From Pseudomonas phage PaMx25, in sequence record NC_041953.1: 57,899 bases of DNA; one strand, 5' to 3'. This document shows positions 1 to 9,104 of this stretch, piece after piece. The first letter of the stretch is position 1; each line of letters begins with the position of its first letter. The notes beneath the pieces were generated by a model. It searched no databases. It saw only the letters and a list, made by a program, of their open reading frames with translations, and was not told the DNA's origin. A program made the translations under genes and the position numbers.

Positions 1-20
1 TTTTCGTGAGGGTCTGACAA

Positions 21-131
21 ATGGAAGACGATCTTGATGCGGCTCGCGGTGCAGTGAATGGCGTCTTGCTGAGCATTCCACTCTGGGCGGTGATTATCCT
101 CGCGATCAACCTCATCAGGAGCTGGATATGA
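21..131 (+). CDS. small single-TM peptide (36 aa), possible holin/antiholin-like lysis accessory
   Basis: ATG 21-23, bounded by in-frame TGA 15-17; stop TGA 129-131 overlaps endolysin ATG 128 (ATGA). Translation MEDDLDAARGAVNGVLLSIPLWAVIILAINLIRSWI has one hydrophobic helix. Below ORF-track length cutoff. Confidence 0.3.
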   Translation: MEDDLDAARGAVNGVLLSIPLWAVIILAINLIRSWI

Positions 132-652
132 AACTTGCCTGGGGCAAAAAGGTCGATCAGGCCTTCCGTGACAAAGTGTTTGCCATCTGCGATGGCTTCA
201 AGTGGAACCGCGAGACGCACGCCAGCTGGCTCATGTCCTGCATGGCGTTCGAGTCCGGCGAGACGTTCAGCCCCAGCATTCGCAATGCAGCGGGCAGCGG
301 TGCCACCGGGCTGATCCAGTTCATGCCCAGCACTGCACAAGGTCTGGGGACCGCTACCGCGGAGCTGGCAGAGATGACCGCGCTGGATCAGCTGGATTAC
401 GTCCAGAAGTATTTCCGACCATATGCTTCGCGCATCGGAACCCTCAGCGACATGTATATGGCCATCCTCATGCCCAAGTTCGTGGGGCAGCCGGAGGACT
501 CCGTCATGTTCCTGGATCCGAAGATTAGCTACCGTCAGAACGCTGGTCTGGACGCCAACCGCGACGGGAAGATTACGAAGGCTGAAGCAGCGAGCAAAGT
601 TCGAGCGAAGTTTGATAAAGGCATGCTCGATCGGTACTCGCTGGAAGTGTAG
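128..652 (+). CDS. endolysin, soluble lytic transglycosylase (SLT)-like
   Basis: AFESGE...ATGLIQFMPSTA motif typical of the SLT/lysozyme-like family; first gene of a holin-spanin cassette; no N-terminal TM, so canonical rather than SAR-type. Confidence 0.7.
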   Translation: MKLAWGKKVDQAFRDKVFAICDGFKWNRETHASWLMSCMAFESGETFSPSIRNAAGSGATGLIQFMPSTAQGLGTATAELAEMTALDQLDYVQKYFRPYASRIGTLSDMYMAILMPKFVGQPEDSVMFLDPKISYRQNAGLDANRDGKITKAEAASKVRAKFDKGMLDRYSLEV

Positions 653-747
653 TTTGATTCCTATAGCTTGATGCTTTTCGCATGTGGTACTATCCGCGAA
701 ACAGGGCATGGGCCTCTGTCGAATCAATCGAATAGGGAGCTCATGTT

Positions 748-1113
748 ATGTTACCGGAAGATCCGTGGAATAGCTGGTGGGTGAAGGCTCTAGCCTATGG
801 GCTCTTCGCCATGTTTGGAGGCATGATGGGGCATCTGATGCGTACCATTGACGGCCGCCAGAAAATCAAGTGGAGTCGCGCAGCTCTGGAGGGTGGCGCG
901 GCTGGTTTCGTTGGCCTGCTGATGTTGCTGGTGTGCCAGGCGATGAACCTGTCCGAGCAATGGACGGGCGTGATCGTCGGTGTATCGGGATGGCTGGGGG
1001 CTAATGCCACGATTCGCATGCTCGAGTCTATCGTGCTGAAGAAGCTCGGGATCGAGAAACAACCCTCCGAACCCATTCGGGAGCGACGCGATGATCACCC
1101 TTCTGCTGACTAA
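748..1113 (+). CDS. holin (class I-like, 3 TM)
   Basis: 121 aa, three hydrophobic helices and a charged C-terminal tail (IRERRDDHPSAD); sits between endolysin and Rz; 3' end overlaps Rz start. Confidence 0.55.
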   Translation: MLPEDPWNSWWVKALAYGLFAMFGGMMGHLMRTIDGRQKIKWSRAALEGGAAGFVGLLMLLVCQAMNLSEQWTGVIVGVSGWLGANATIRMLESIVLKKLGIEKQPSEPIRERRDDHPSAD

Positions 1114-1654
1114 GCTGCCCTGGCTTGCAAGCGCCCTGGGCTTCTTCAAGAACAAGACAAGGCTCGTTATCGAGTACGTCCTGATCGGGGTGATAGTCGC
1201 CGCGGCGGGCTTCACCTTCAGCATGTGGTTATCCAAGGAACGCACGGAGAAATCGCTGCTGACCACACAGAACCAGCTTCAAACCGTTCAGCAGCGTCTG
1301 GGCGCGGTTGAATCAGTCAATCAGCAGCAGGAAGCAACCATCGGTGAGCTGAAAGAGCTTCGCTTGCAGGACGCGCAGGCCCTCACGGGCCTGCTGACCG
1401 ATTACAAGGTGCTGGCTGACAACGATGCTCGCGCACGTAACCGCCTTGCAACCTTGGAGAAGTCAAATGAAACTGTTCGGAATTATCTTAATCAGCGCAT
1501 CCCTCCTGATCTTGCCTGCTTGCTCAACAACACCTGTGACGCCGGAAATTCGGGTAGTGACAAAGGTGGAGCGGGCGGTGCCTCCCGAGGGGCTGGTGCA
1601 GCAGTGCCAGCAGGCAGCGGATCGTCAGCTGGTAGTGACAAAAGACCTCATTGA
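1091..1654 (+). CDS. i-spanin Rz
   Basis: N-terminal TM (LVIEYVLIGVIVAAAGFTF) followed by a long coiled-coil periplasmic region; contains an embedded +1-frame lipoprotein gene. Confidence 0.7.
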   Translation: MITLLLTKLPWLASALGFFKNKTRLVIEYVLIGVIVAAAGFTFSMWLSKERTEKSLLTTQNQLQTVQQRLGAVESVNQQQEATIGELKELRLQDAQALTGLLTDYKVLADNDARARNRLATLEKSNETVRNYLNQRIPPDLACLLNNTCDAGNSGSDKGGAGGASRGAGAAVPAGSGSSAGSDKRPH

Positions 1655-1775
1655 TTCGCGTCAGGACTGGATAACGTCCTTCTGCGAATGCGCGTCCAAA
1701 ATGGCTCGCCTTATTGAGTGGAACACCGGCCAAAAGCCTGCAGAATTGCCGGCTTGCCGCAAAATCTCGCCCTGA
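1467..1775 (+). CDS. o-spanin Rz1 (outer-membrane lipoprotein), overlapped/embedded in Rz
   Basis: Internal ATG 1467 preceded by GGAGA; MKLFGIILISASLLILPAC lipoprotein signal with lipobox Cys; Pro/Cys-rich mature part; extends 121 nt past the Rz stop. Confidence 0.7.
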   Translation: MKLFGIILISASLLILPACSTTPVTPEIRVVTKVERAVPPEGLVQQCQQAADRQLVVTKDLIDSRQDWITSFCECASKMARLIEWNTGQKPAELPACRKISP

Positions 1776-1783
1776 TATTCTGG

Positions 1784-1813
1784 TTGCGTATCCGGCCTCA
1801 GAATCGCTATACT
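1784..1813 (+). promoter_or_regulatory. sigma70-like promoter candidate TTGCGT-N18-TATACT upstream of terS
   Basis: Hexamers at 1784-1789 and 1808-1813 in the Rz1-terS intergenic gap; same TTGCnT/TATAnT pattern recurs at four other sites. Confidence 0.3.
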
Positions 1814-1865
1814 CCGATCAAATTGGGCGGGTGATCCGCCTTAACTATCCGATTGGAGTTCCCAC

Positions 1866-2312
1866 ATGGCTGAGAACACATCGGGTCTATATCTGGATCC
1901 TCGGCTCATGGAGCCGGAACCGTCCGGTCAAGAAAAGGCCCTTCGTGATCTATTCGTTCAGGAGTACATAAAGGATTTTGATCCTTTCCAGGCTTGCCTT
2001 CGCGTAGGGTTTCAGGCTGCTTTCGCCGTGGAGTACGCGAAGAAGTTCATGGGCGAGGCTTATGTCCAACGCCGGATCACTGAACTGCAACGCGCGACCC
2101 CTGAAAACGAAGACGCCCAAGCCAAGGAAGACCGTGCCCTGATCCTGAGCGTGCTGCGCCAGGCTGCACAGAATGGCCCCTACGCTTCCCGCGTGCAAGC
2201 TGCCGCCAAGCTGGCCAGCATATACGGCCTTGACCGTCCTGACGGCGGTGAAGAAGGTGAGCAAGCTCTCATTGACGCCTTCCGCGAGTTTGCGACGAGG
2301 GCGCCTGTATGA
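1866..2312 (+). CDS. terS: terminase small subunit
   Basis: LFVQEYIKDFDPFQACLRVGF...AAFAVEYAKKFM resembles Terminase_2-type small subunits; ATGA overlap with terL. Confidence 0.6.
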   Translation: MAENTSGLYLDPRLMEPEPSGQEKALRDLFVQEYIKDFDPFQACLRVGFQAAFAVEYAKKFMGEAYVQRRITELQRATPENEDAQAKEDRALILSVLRQAAQNGPYASRVQAAAKLASIYGLDRPDGGEEGEQALIDAFREFATRAPV

Positions 2313-3631
2313 GCAAGATCATTCTAGAACGCCAGATGGCGCGCTGGTATCAGCTGAAGGACCACGAGGTTCAGCTTCGACTGTTGCGTGCCGTTGAAGA
2401 CGGTGTGCGCTTCCCCATTGTGCCCGCAGGACGACGCTCAGGCAAGACGGAACGCGCCAAGCGTTTTCTGTCACGTCAGGCGATGTGGTATCCGGGCGAG
2501 AAGTATTTCGCAGCCGCGCCCACGTACAACCAGGCCAAGAAGATCTGGTGGGACGACCTCAAGGCGCTGACGCTGTCGTGTATGCACCCCAAGAAGCCCA
2601 GCGAGTCCGAACTCAAGATCTACCTGCCCAACGGGACCGAGATTCACATCATCGGTCTGGACCAGCCCCAGCGGATTGAAGGTATCAACTGGACAGGCGG
2701 TGTGATCGACGAAATTGCGGACGTGAAGGGTGAGGCGCTGCAAGCGAACATCATGCCCGCGCTCAACACCGTGAATCCGACGCGCCCGTACTATCGGGCC
2801 TGGTGCTGGTTCATTGGTGTGCCCGACGGTCTGAACCACTATTACGACATGGCGGAATATGCACGCACCGCCAACGACCCCGACTGGGCGCTGTTCCACT
2901 GGACGTCGGAAGAGATTCTCCCGCCAGACGTCATTGAAGCTGCGAAGCGCACCATGTCGCGGAAGCAGTACAATCAGGAATATCGAGCGAGCTTCGAGAC
3001 CGCCAGCGGTCGTATCTATGAGGACTACTCGAAAGAGAATTTCACAACCGAGCGGATCCTCCCTCACGAAGCGCTGCACTGGACGCACGACCAGAACTTC
3101 ACCCCGCTGAGCTCGGCTATTGTGGTCATCCGCAATGGAGTCCCCTTCTTCCTCGATGAGATCGTTCTTGAGAGCGCAGTGAGCCGGCAGTCGGCAATCG
3201 AGTTCGTTGAGAAGTACAAGGAACACAAGAACAAGACAGTCTATATCTACGGTGACCCAGCGGGTCGCGCGGGTGAGAAGCACGGGCACAAATCCGATTA
3301 CACTGAGATCGAAGACGTGCTACGCTTGCACGGCTGGAAGTTCGAGCGGCGCGTGCGTCCTGCGCACCCAGCTATCAAAGACCGCCAGAACGCTGTGCGT
3401 GCGATGATCCGGAATGCAAAGGGTGAGATTCGTCTCAAGGTGAATCCGCAGACTGCTCTGTGGTGCCACAAGGGTCTCAGCACTGTGCAGCTCCAGACGG
3501 GTTCTTCCTTCCAGGAGGATCAAAAGAACCAATATCAACACATCACCACAGCGATCGGGTATTTTATTGACTGGCACTGGCCCGCTGGACGAATCATTAC
3601 GAAATCGGGTACAGTTACGGGCACTTATTGA
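2309..3631 (+). CDS. terL: terminase large subunit
   Basis: Walker A-like PAGRRSGKT near N-terminus, 440 aa, nuclease-like C-terminal half; directly upstream of portal. Confidence 0.85.
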   Translation: MSKIILERQMARWYQLKDHEVQLRLLRAVEDGVRFPIVPAGRRSGKTERAKRFLSRQAMWYPGEKYFAAAPTYNQAKKIWWDDLKALTLSCMHPKKPSESELKIYLPNGTEIHIIGLDQPQRIEGINWTGGVIDEIADVKGEALQANIMPALNTVNPTRPYYRAWCWFIGVPDGLNHYYDMAEYARTANDPDWALFHWTSEEILPPDVIEAAKRTMSRKQYNQEYRASFETASGRIYEDYSKENFTTERILPHEALHWTHDQNFTPLSSAIVVIRNGVPFFLDEIVLESAVSRQSAIEFVEKYKEHKNKTVYIYGDPAGRAGEKHGHKSDYTEIEDVLRLHGWKFERRVRPAHPAIKDRQNAVRAMIRNAKGEIRLKVNPQTALWCHKGLSTVQLQTGSSFQEDQKNQYQHITTAIGYFIDWHWPAGRIITKSGTVTGTY

Positions 3632-3643
3632 CGGAGGCGCAAA

Positions 3644-5197
3644 ATGGCACTTGATTCGGTTCATCCGAAGTATTCGGAATTCAAAGAGGATTGGGTCACC
3701 ATGCGCGACCTCTACAAAGGTGAGCGCGCGGTAAAGGCGAAGGGTGAAACGTATCTTCCGCCGACCAAGGGTATGCGACTGGACGGCATGGATTCGGGCA
3801 AGCCCGGGCGCGAGGCCTATGACGCCTACAAGCTGCGAGCGGTGTTCCACGACTACGTCAAGGAAGGTGTCGAAGCATACATTGGCCTGATGTGGCAGAA
3901 GACCCCGACGATCGAGCTCCCCGCAAACATGGAAGCGCTCCGCGACAAGGCTACTGCATACGGTGAGCCGCTGGAGCTGCTGTTGCGGCGCATCAACGAA
4001 GAGCAGCTTGTCACCGGCCGCCTGGGCTTGCTGCTGGACTTGCCTGTCAATCCTGACCCGACGAACCCGATGCCCTATGTCGCCATGTACGTGGCGGAGT
4101 CCATTCGGAACTGGGACGATGGCGAAGCAGACGAAGGTGAAGCACGCCTGAACCTTGTCGTTCTGGACGAAAGCGGTTTCCGCCGCAGCACCGACTTCGA
4201 ATGGGTGTCGCAGACCAAGTATCGAGTCCTCCAGCTCGGTGCCAAGGACGAGAACGAAGCGGAAGGTCAGGGCGTCTATCAAGTTGGCGTCTTCACGAAT
4301 AACGACGGTCAGTCCGCGGCTTACGACGAGACGCAAATGGTGCCCCCGCAACTGCGCGGCGTCACTCTGGACAAGATTCCGTTCGTGTTCGTCAATACGA
4401 AAGACATCGTCAGCACCCCTGACGAACCGCCTCTGCTGGGCCTGGGCAGGCTTGCCCTTGCTGTGTATCGTGGGGAAGCGGACTACCGTCAGAACCTGTT
4501 CATGCAGGGCCAGGACACGCTGGTCGTCGTTGGCGGTGTCAAGAAGACCGACGCGACGGAAGACGAAGGCACCCCGCTCCGCACTGGTGCGGGTAGCATG
4601 ATCGAAGTGGAGCAGGGCGGTGACGCGAAGTACATCGGCGTCAATTCGCAGGGTCTGTCGGAGCAGCGCCAGGCGCTGGAGAACGATCGCAAGCGTGCGG
4701 AAACCCGTTCCGGTCAGCTGATCAACTCCGGAGGGAACAACACCGAGAGCGGTTCCGCATTGCAGACCCGTATCGGCGCGCAGACCGCAACCCTGAACCA
4801 GATTGCGATGACTGGTGCATCCGCGCTGGAATCGCTGTTGAAGATCTGCGCTCAGTGGATGGGCGCCAACCCCGACGACGTGAAAGTCACCCCGAACCTC
4901 GAGTTCGCTGACTTCGAGATGTCCGGTAAGGATCTGGTCGATTTCATGACGGCCCGCACCATGGGCGCACCGCTGTCCAAGAAGTCCATCCATGCGATGC
5001 TGGTGGATCGCGGTGTGACGAAAATGGACTTCGACGCCGAAATGGAAGAGATCGGGGAAGAGGACGCCAATGCCCCGTCGGGCGGCGGTACGGGCGCAGG
5101 GGGCGACCCAGCGCTGGAGCCCGGTATGCAGGGGCAACAGGGTGGGCAGCAGCAACAGCAGCCCCCGCAAGGCGGCGCACAGGGCGCGGGAGCGTAA
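3644..5197 (+). CDS. portal protein
   Basis: 517 aa directly after terL and before the MuF-like gene; Gln/Gly-rich C-terminal tail; synteny-based call. Confidence 0.65.
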   Translation: MALDSVHPKYSEFKEDWVTMRDLYKGERAVKAKGETYLPPTKGMRLDGMDSGKPGREAYDAYKLRAVFHDYVKEGVEAYIGLMWQKTPTIELPANMEALRDKATAYGEPLELLLRRINEEQLVTGRLGLLLDLPVNPDPTNPMPYVAMYVAESIRNWDDGEADEGEARLNLVVLDESGFRRSTDFEWVSQTKYRVLQLGAKDENEAEGQGVYQVGVFTNNDGQSAAYDETQMVPPQLRGVTLDKIPFVFVNTKDIVSTPDEPPLLGLGRLALAVYRGEADYRQNLFMQGQDTLVVVGGVKKTDATEDEGTPLRTGAGSMIEVEQGGDAKYIGVNSQGLSEQRQALENDRKRAETRSGQLINSGGNNTESGSALQTRIGAQTATLNQIAMTGASALESLLKICAQWMGANPDDVKVTPNLEFADFEMSGKDLVDFMTARTMGAPLSKKSIHAMLVDRGVTKMDFDAEMEEIGEEDANAPSGGGTGAGGDPALEPGMQGQQGGQQQQQPPQGGAQGAGA

Positions 5198-5200
5198 CCC

Positions 5201-6400
5201 ATGGCCAAGACAGCCAACGAAGAGCTGCTTGACGCGCTGGTGCGTCACCAGATCTACATCCTGCGCTATAGCGGCTATGTCCGCAACCGCATGACCACGA
5301 TTCTGAACGCCAGCGAGGACGAGTTGGCTCGTCGCATCCGTGACAAGCTGCGCACCATGCAAGGTCTGACGAAGCCCGTTGAGTGGCAACGTCTGGAAGC
5401 CTTGCAGGGTACGCTGGCCGCTATCCGAAAAGAGTCCTGGGACGAAGCAACGAAGTTCCTCACCGAGGAGATGGTTCAGCTTTCATACCAGGAACCGATT
5501 CAGCTGGATGAGATCTTCAAGACCGTGCTGCCTGTGGCTGTCGAGACGGTGATGCCCAGCGCGCGGTTCCTGCGCCAGATTGCGCTGTCACGGCCGTTTG
5601 AGGGTCGTCTGTTGAAGGAATGGGCGGACACCATGGCAGCGGACGACATTCGTCGCATCCATAGCTCCATCCAGGCGGGTATGGTGGCGGGCGAGGACAT
5701 GGCTACCATCGCGCGACGTGTGGTCGGTACTGGCACGCTCAAGGGTGCTGACGGGGTAACGGAGATCACCCGTAGGCAGATCCAGACCATCACGCGGACT
5801 GCTGTGCAGCATATCGCCAACGGTGCGCGCGACGCATGGTTCGCTGATAATGCGGACATCCTTACCGCTGAACAGTTCGTCGCGACGTTGGATGCACGCA
5901 CGACACCGATCTGCCGCAGCCTTGACGGAAAGACATTCCCCATCGGCAAGGGTCCGCGGCCCCCGCTGCATTTCAACTGCCGGTCCTTGCGTATCGCCGC
6001 GATTGATGGTACGCTCGCCGGTGACCGTCCTGCAAAGCCCACCACGGAGAAGATCCTTGTGCGGGAATATGCAGACAAGAACGGCCTGGGCGATATCAGC
6101 TCGCGTGACGCGCTGCCGCGCGGTACGAAAGGTGATTACGACAAGTGGGCACGGGGCAGGGTGCGCGAGCTGGTGGGACCGATCCCCGCTTCGACCAATT
6201 ATCAGACATGGCTCAAGGGTCAGTCTGTCGCGTTCCAGGACGAGGTGATGGGCGTAACGAAGGCCAAGCTGTTCCGCGAGGGCGGACTGACGCTGGACAA
6301 GTTCGTTCATCGTAGCGGTGACGAATTAACCCTTCGGGAGCTTGCACAGAAGCACGCAGACGCATTCCGTGCCGCTGGGCTGGACCCGAGCAAGTATTGA
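5201..6400 (+). CDS. head morphogenesis protein (Mu F / SPP1 gp7 family)
   Basis: N-terminus ELLDALVRHQIYILRYSGYVRNRM typical of Phage_Mu_F minor head proteins; position after portal. Confidence 0.7.
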   Translation: MAKTANEELLDALVRHQIYILRYSGYVRNRMTTILNASEDELARRIRDKLRTMQGLTKPVEWQRLEALQGTLAAIRKESWDEATKFLTEEMVQLSYQEPIQLDEIFKTVLPVAVETVMPSARFLRQIALSRPFEGRLLKEWADTMAADDIRRIHSSIQAGMVAGEDMATIARRVVGTGTLKGADGVTEITRRQIQTITRTAVQHIANGARDAWFADNADILTAEQFVATLDARTTPICRSLDGKTFPIGKGPRPPLHFNCRSLRIAAIDGTLAGDRPAKPTTEKILVREYADKNGLGDISSRDALPRGTKGDYDKWARGRVRELVGPIPASTNYQTWLKGQSVAFQDEVMGVTKAKLFREGGLTLDKFVHRSGDELTLRELAQKHADAFRAAGLDPSKY

Positions 6401-6458
6401 TCACAATGGTGTGGTCAGCAACCCGCCACATGAGTGGCATTTGACTAGGAGATGGAGC

Positions 6459-7274
6459 ATGGCTCTCAAAGCGATTCTTGATTCGATCGACGACCTTCCC
6501 GAAGACGTCAAGAAAGAGTATGTGGAGAAGAACGGTAAGTTCGAACTCCAGGTGGAAGGAATGAAGACCCAGGCGGATGTCGAACGTCTGCAGGGTGCGC
6601 TCACCAAGGAACGGAATGACCACAAGGCCGTCCGTGAGCGCCTCGGCTTGCTCGGCGATCGTAAGATCGAGGACGTGCTGGCGACCCTGGACCGCGTTCC
6701 TGAACTGGAAGCTGCGGCCGCAGGCAAGCTGGATGAGAACAAGCTCAACGAGCTGGTCGAAGGTCGCATCAAGACCCGTGTCGCCCCGCTCGAGCGCGAG
6801 AAGGGCCAACTGGCTCAGCGCGTGCAGGAGCTCTCCGGCGTCGTCGAACAGTTTCAGTCCAAGGAAAAGACCCGTACCATCCACGACGCTGTCCGCGAAG
6901 CTGTGGGCAAGGCGCAGGGCTTCCAGTCCAGCGCAGTGGAAGATGCCCTTCTGTACGCCGAGCGCATGCTCGAAGTCAATGAAGAAGGCAAGGTCGTTAC
7001 CCGCGACGGCGTGGGCGTGACTCCCGGTATCGATGCCACCGTGTGGCTCACCGAGATGCAGTCCAAGAAGACTCACTGGTGGGGCCCGTCGCAAGGCGGT
7101 GGCGCTGGTGGCAACCGTAACGGCAGCGGTGGCGGTGCGAACCCGTGGAGCGCTGATGGCTGGAACATGACGGAGCAGGGTCGGATCCTCAAGGAGAACC
7201 GTTCCCGTGCCGAGCAGATGGCCAAGAGCGCTGGTACTACCATCGGGGGCCCGCGCCCGCAGCCCCGCAAATAA
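6459..7274 (+). CDS. scaffolding protein
   Basis: Internal ATG 6459 with RBS AGGAGATGGAG; highly charged coiled-coil protein (EKNGKFELQVEGMKTQADVERLQGALTKER...) directly upstream of the major capsid gene. Confidence 0.6.
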   Translation: MALKAILDSIDDLPEDVKKEYVEKNGKFELQVEGMKTQADVERLQGALTKERNDHKAVRERLGLLGDRKIEDVLATLDRVPELEAAAAGKLDENKLNELVEGRIKTRVAPLEREKGQLAQRVQELSGVVEQFQSKEKTRTIHDAVREAVGKAQGFQSSAVEDALLYAERMLEVNEEGKVVTRDGVGVTPGIDATVWLTEMQSKKTHWWGPSQGGGAGGNRNGSGGGANPWSADGWNMTEQGRILKENRSRAEQMAKSAGTTIGGPRPQPRK

Positions 7275-7420
7275 TCAAACTCAGGGGCTTGCAAGCTAGA
7301 CTGGCTCATGCTACATTGCGATCATTGTGGCATGAGCCATACTAACGATCGAACGCCAGGCCATGGGGTGCTGGATTCGAGTCTAGCAAACTTGATCCGA
7401 ACCTTTTTAGGAGAATTCAT

Positions 7421-8455
7421 ATGGCTTCCGGTGTAACTCGTATCGCTGACGTCGTCGTCCCCGAGATCTTCTCGCCCTACGTCCAGCAAATGACCCAGGA
7501 AAAGTCCCGCCTGATCCGTTCTGGCGCGATCGTCCTGGATGCCCAACTCAACAGCGCCCTCGCGGGTGGCGGTCTGACCTTCAACGAGCCGTCCTTCAAG
7601 GATCTGGACAACGACGCCGAAAACGTCTCGACCGATGATCCGGCGACCGACAGCACGCCCAACAAGATCGGCACTGCTACCGAGATCCAGGTCCGCCTGT
7701 CGCGGAACAACTCCTGGAGCTCCATGGACCTGTCCGGCGACCTCGCTGGTGCGGATCCGATGCAAGCGATCGCCAACCGTGTGTCCGACTACTGGACCCG
7801 CCGCCAGCAGGCCGCATTCGTTGCGACCCTGAACGGTGTGTTCGCGGACAACGCCGCAGCGCCCACCGGCACCGAGCACGTCCAGAACGACATGACCCAT
7901 GACGTTTCCGGCGCCAGCTTCGTGGATGGTGTGACGAACTTCAGCGCGGAGTCGTTCATCGACGCCACCGCTACCATGGGCGACAGCATGGAAGACCTCA
8001 CGATGGTGATGGTGCATTCCATTGTCTATGCGCGCATGCTGAAGAACAACCTGATCGACTTCGTGTCGGACAGCGTCAATGGCAATGCGGTTCGCATCCC
8101 GACCTTCCTGGGCCGCGAAGTGATCGTCGATGACGGCGTGCCTCGCTCCAGCGGTGTGTTCAACACCTGGCTGTTCGGTCGCGGTGCTGTTCGCGGCGGC
8201 ATGGGTTCGCCCAAGGTGCCGACGGAAGTCGATCGCAAGCCGAGCGCAGGTAACGGCGGTGGCCAGGACATCCTGTTCAACCGTACCGAGTGGATCATCC
8301 ATCCGGTCGGCCACGCCTACGCTGGCACCCCGCCGAACGGCGGCCCGAGCAACGCCTCCACCACGAACAACCTGGCTCACGCCGATTCGTGGAAGCGTGT
8401 CTTCTCGGAGCGGAAGCAGATCCGGATCGCGCGTCTCATCACCCGCGAGTTCTAA
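7421..8455 (+). CDS. major capsid protein
   Basis: 344 aa, strong RBS AGGAGAATTCAT ATG; follows scaffold; followed by a GNRA-loop intrinsic terminator; upstream structured leader. Confidence 0.8.
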   Translation: MASGVTRIADVVVPEIFSPYVQQMTQEKSRLIRSGAIVLDAQLNSALAGGGLTFNEPSFKDLDNDAENVSTDDPATDSTPNKIGTATEIQVRLSRNNSWSSMDLSGDLAGADPMQAIANRVSDYWTRRQQAAFVATLNGVFADNAAAPTGTEHVQNDMTHDVSGASFVDGVTNFSAESFIDATATMGDSMEDLTMVMVHSIVYARMLKNNLIDFVSDSVNGNAVRIPTFLGREVIVDDGVPRSSGVFNTWLFGRGAVRGGMGSPKVPTEVDRKPSAGNGGGQDILFNRTEWIIHPVGHAYAGTPPNGGPSNASTTNNLAHADSWKRVFSERKQIRIARLITREF

Positions 8456-8467
8456 TCTGCACTGGAA

Positions 8468-8498
8468 CAGGGGTCGCAAGACCCCCTGTTTCGGATTT
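8468..8498 (+). terminator. rho-independent terminator after capsid gene
   Basis: CAGGGGTC-GCAA-GACCCCTG stem (8 bp, GNRA loop) followed by TTTCGGATTT. Confidence 0.55.
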
Positions 8499-8521
8499 AA
8501 CCCTCTAAAGGAGATGCGATC

Positions 8522-9031
8522 ATGAAAGGCCTTCCTCGTTCTACCAGCCGGGGCTCCCCTGCCCGTCAAGACGTTGTCAAGCAGGTCGTGAAGCTGAACA
8601 AGCTCCCGATCACTGTCAATGGCGCGACCGGCGTGGGCTTCGGCACTGCTGTCCTGGGCGACCTGCCGGAAGGGAACATCCTGTTCCTCGGCGCGGTGTC
8701 GTACGTGCAGATCACCAAGGCGACCGCCGCTGGTGTGCAGGATACGTTCGACGGTGACTACAGCATCGGCAGCGCGCCGACTGCGGACGCAACGCTGAGC
8801 GGTTCCGAAGTGGATATCATTGCTTCGACCGCGCTGGGTGCAGCCACCGCTGGCGTGTCCCCGCGCGCGCGCGGCACCAATGCCACGCAAGTGATCCTGG
8901 ACAACACCGACGGATCCCTGGAACTCAACCTGAACCTGCTGATCGACGATGCCAACATCAGCGCCGACAGCCAGTCCCTGACTGCCAGCGGTGAGCTCCA
9001 TATCGTCTATAGCGTTCTCGGCGACGACTAA
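8522..9031 (+). CDS. virion protein of unknown function (possible decoration/structural protein)
   Basis: 169 aa, strong RBS AGGAGATG; Ala/Thr/Gly-rich beta-type composition; bracketed by two intrinsic terminators, suggesting high independent expression. Confidence 0.4.
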   Translation: MKGLPRSTSRGSPARQDVVKQVVKLNKLPITVNGATGVGFGTAVLGDLPEGNILFLGAVSYVQITKATAAGVQDTFDGDYSIGSAPTADATLSGSEVDIIASTALGAATAGVSPRARGTNATQVILDNTDGSLELNLNLLIDDANISADSQSLTASGELHIVYSVLGDD

Positions 9032-9038
9032 GGGTAGC

Positions 9039-9081
9039 GGACGCCTGCATGTGGTCAGTATAATGCAGGCGTCCGTTTCTT
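9039..9081 (+). terminator. rho-independent terminator
   Basis: 12-bp perfect stem GGACGCCTGCAT/ATGCAGGCGTCC with 12-nt loop, followed by GTTTCTT. Confidence 0.6.
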
Positions 9082-9104
9082 AACCACACACCGGAGAATG
9101 ACTC

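Noticed and set aside
3320-5389. 689-aa ORF on the - strand across the portal region, and similar long antisense ORFs (2471-3289, 7322-9001, 8958-10181, 11177-12937, 14839-15837, 17178-18155, 28457-29431, 29566-30459, 30985-32211, 32174-33631, 39465-40433, 42364-43371, 46671-47651, 53435-54778, 56057-57640)
   Set aside because: High GC suppresses stop codons in non-coding frames. These ORFs have Arg/Ala/Gly/Pro-rich low-complexity translations, no RBS or start context, and are antisense to genes with clear family motifs.
6342-6458. Upstream extension of the scaffold ORF (start at 6342)
   Set aside because: Extension overlaps the MuF-like gene's 3' end and has no RBS. ATG 6459 has a strong AGGAGATGGAG RBS and begins the charged helical scaffold sequence.
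7365-7385. tRNA-like T-arm (CTGG-ATTCGAGT-CTAG) in the scaffold-capsid intergenic region
   Set aside because: Loop is 8 nt rather than 7. No acceptor, D or anticodon arms could be built from flanking sequence. More likely part of an mRNA leader or processing hairpin.
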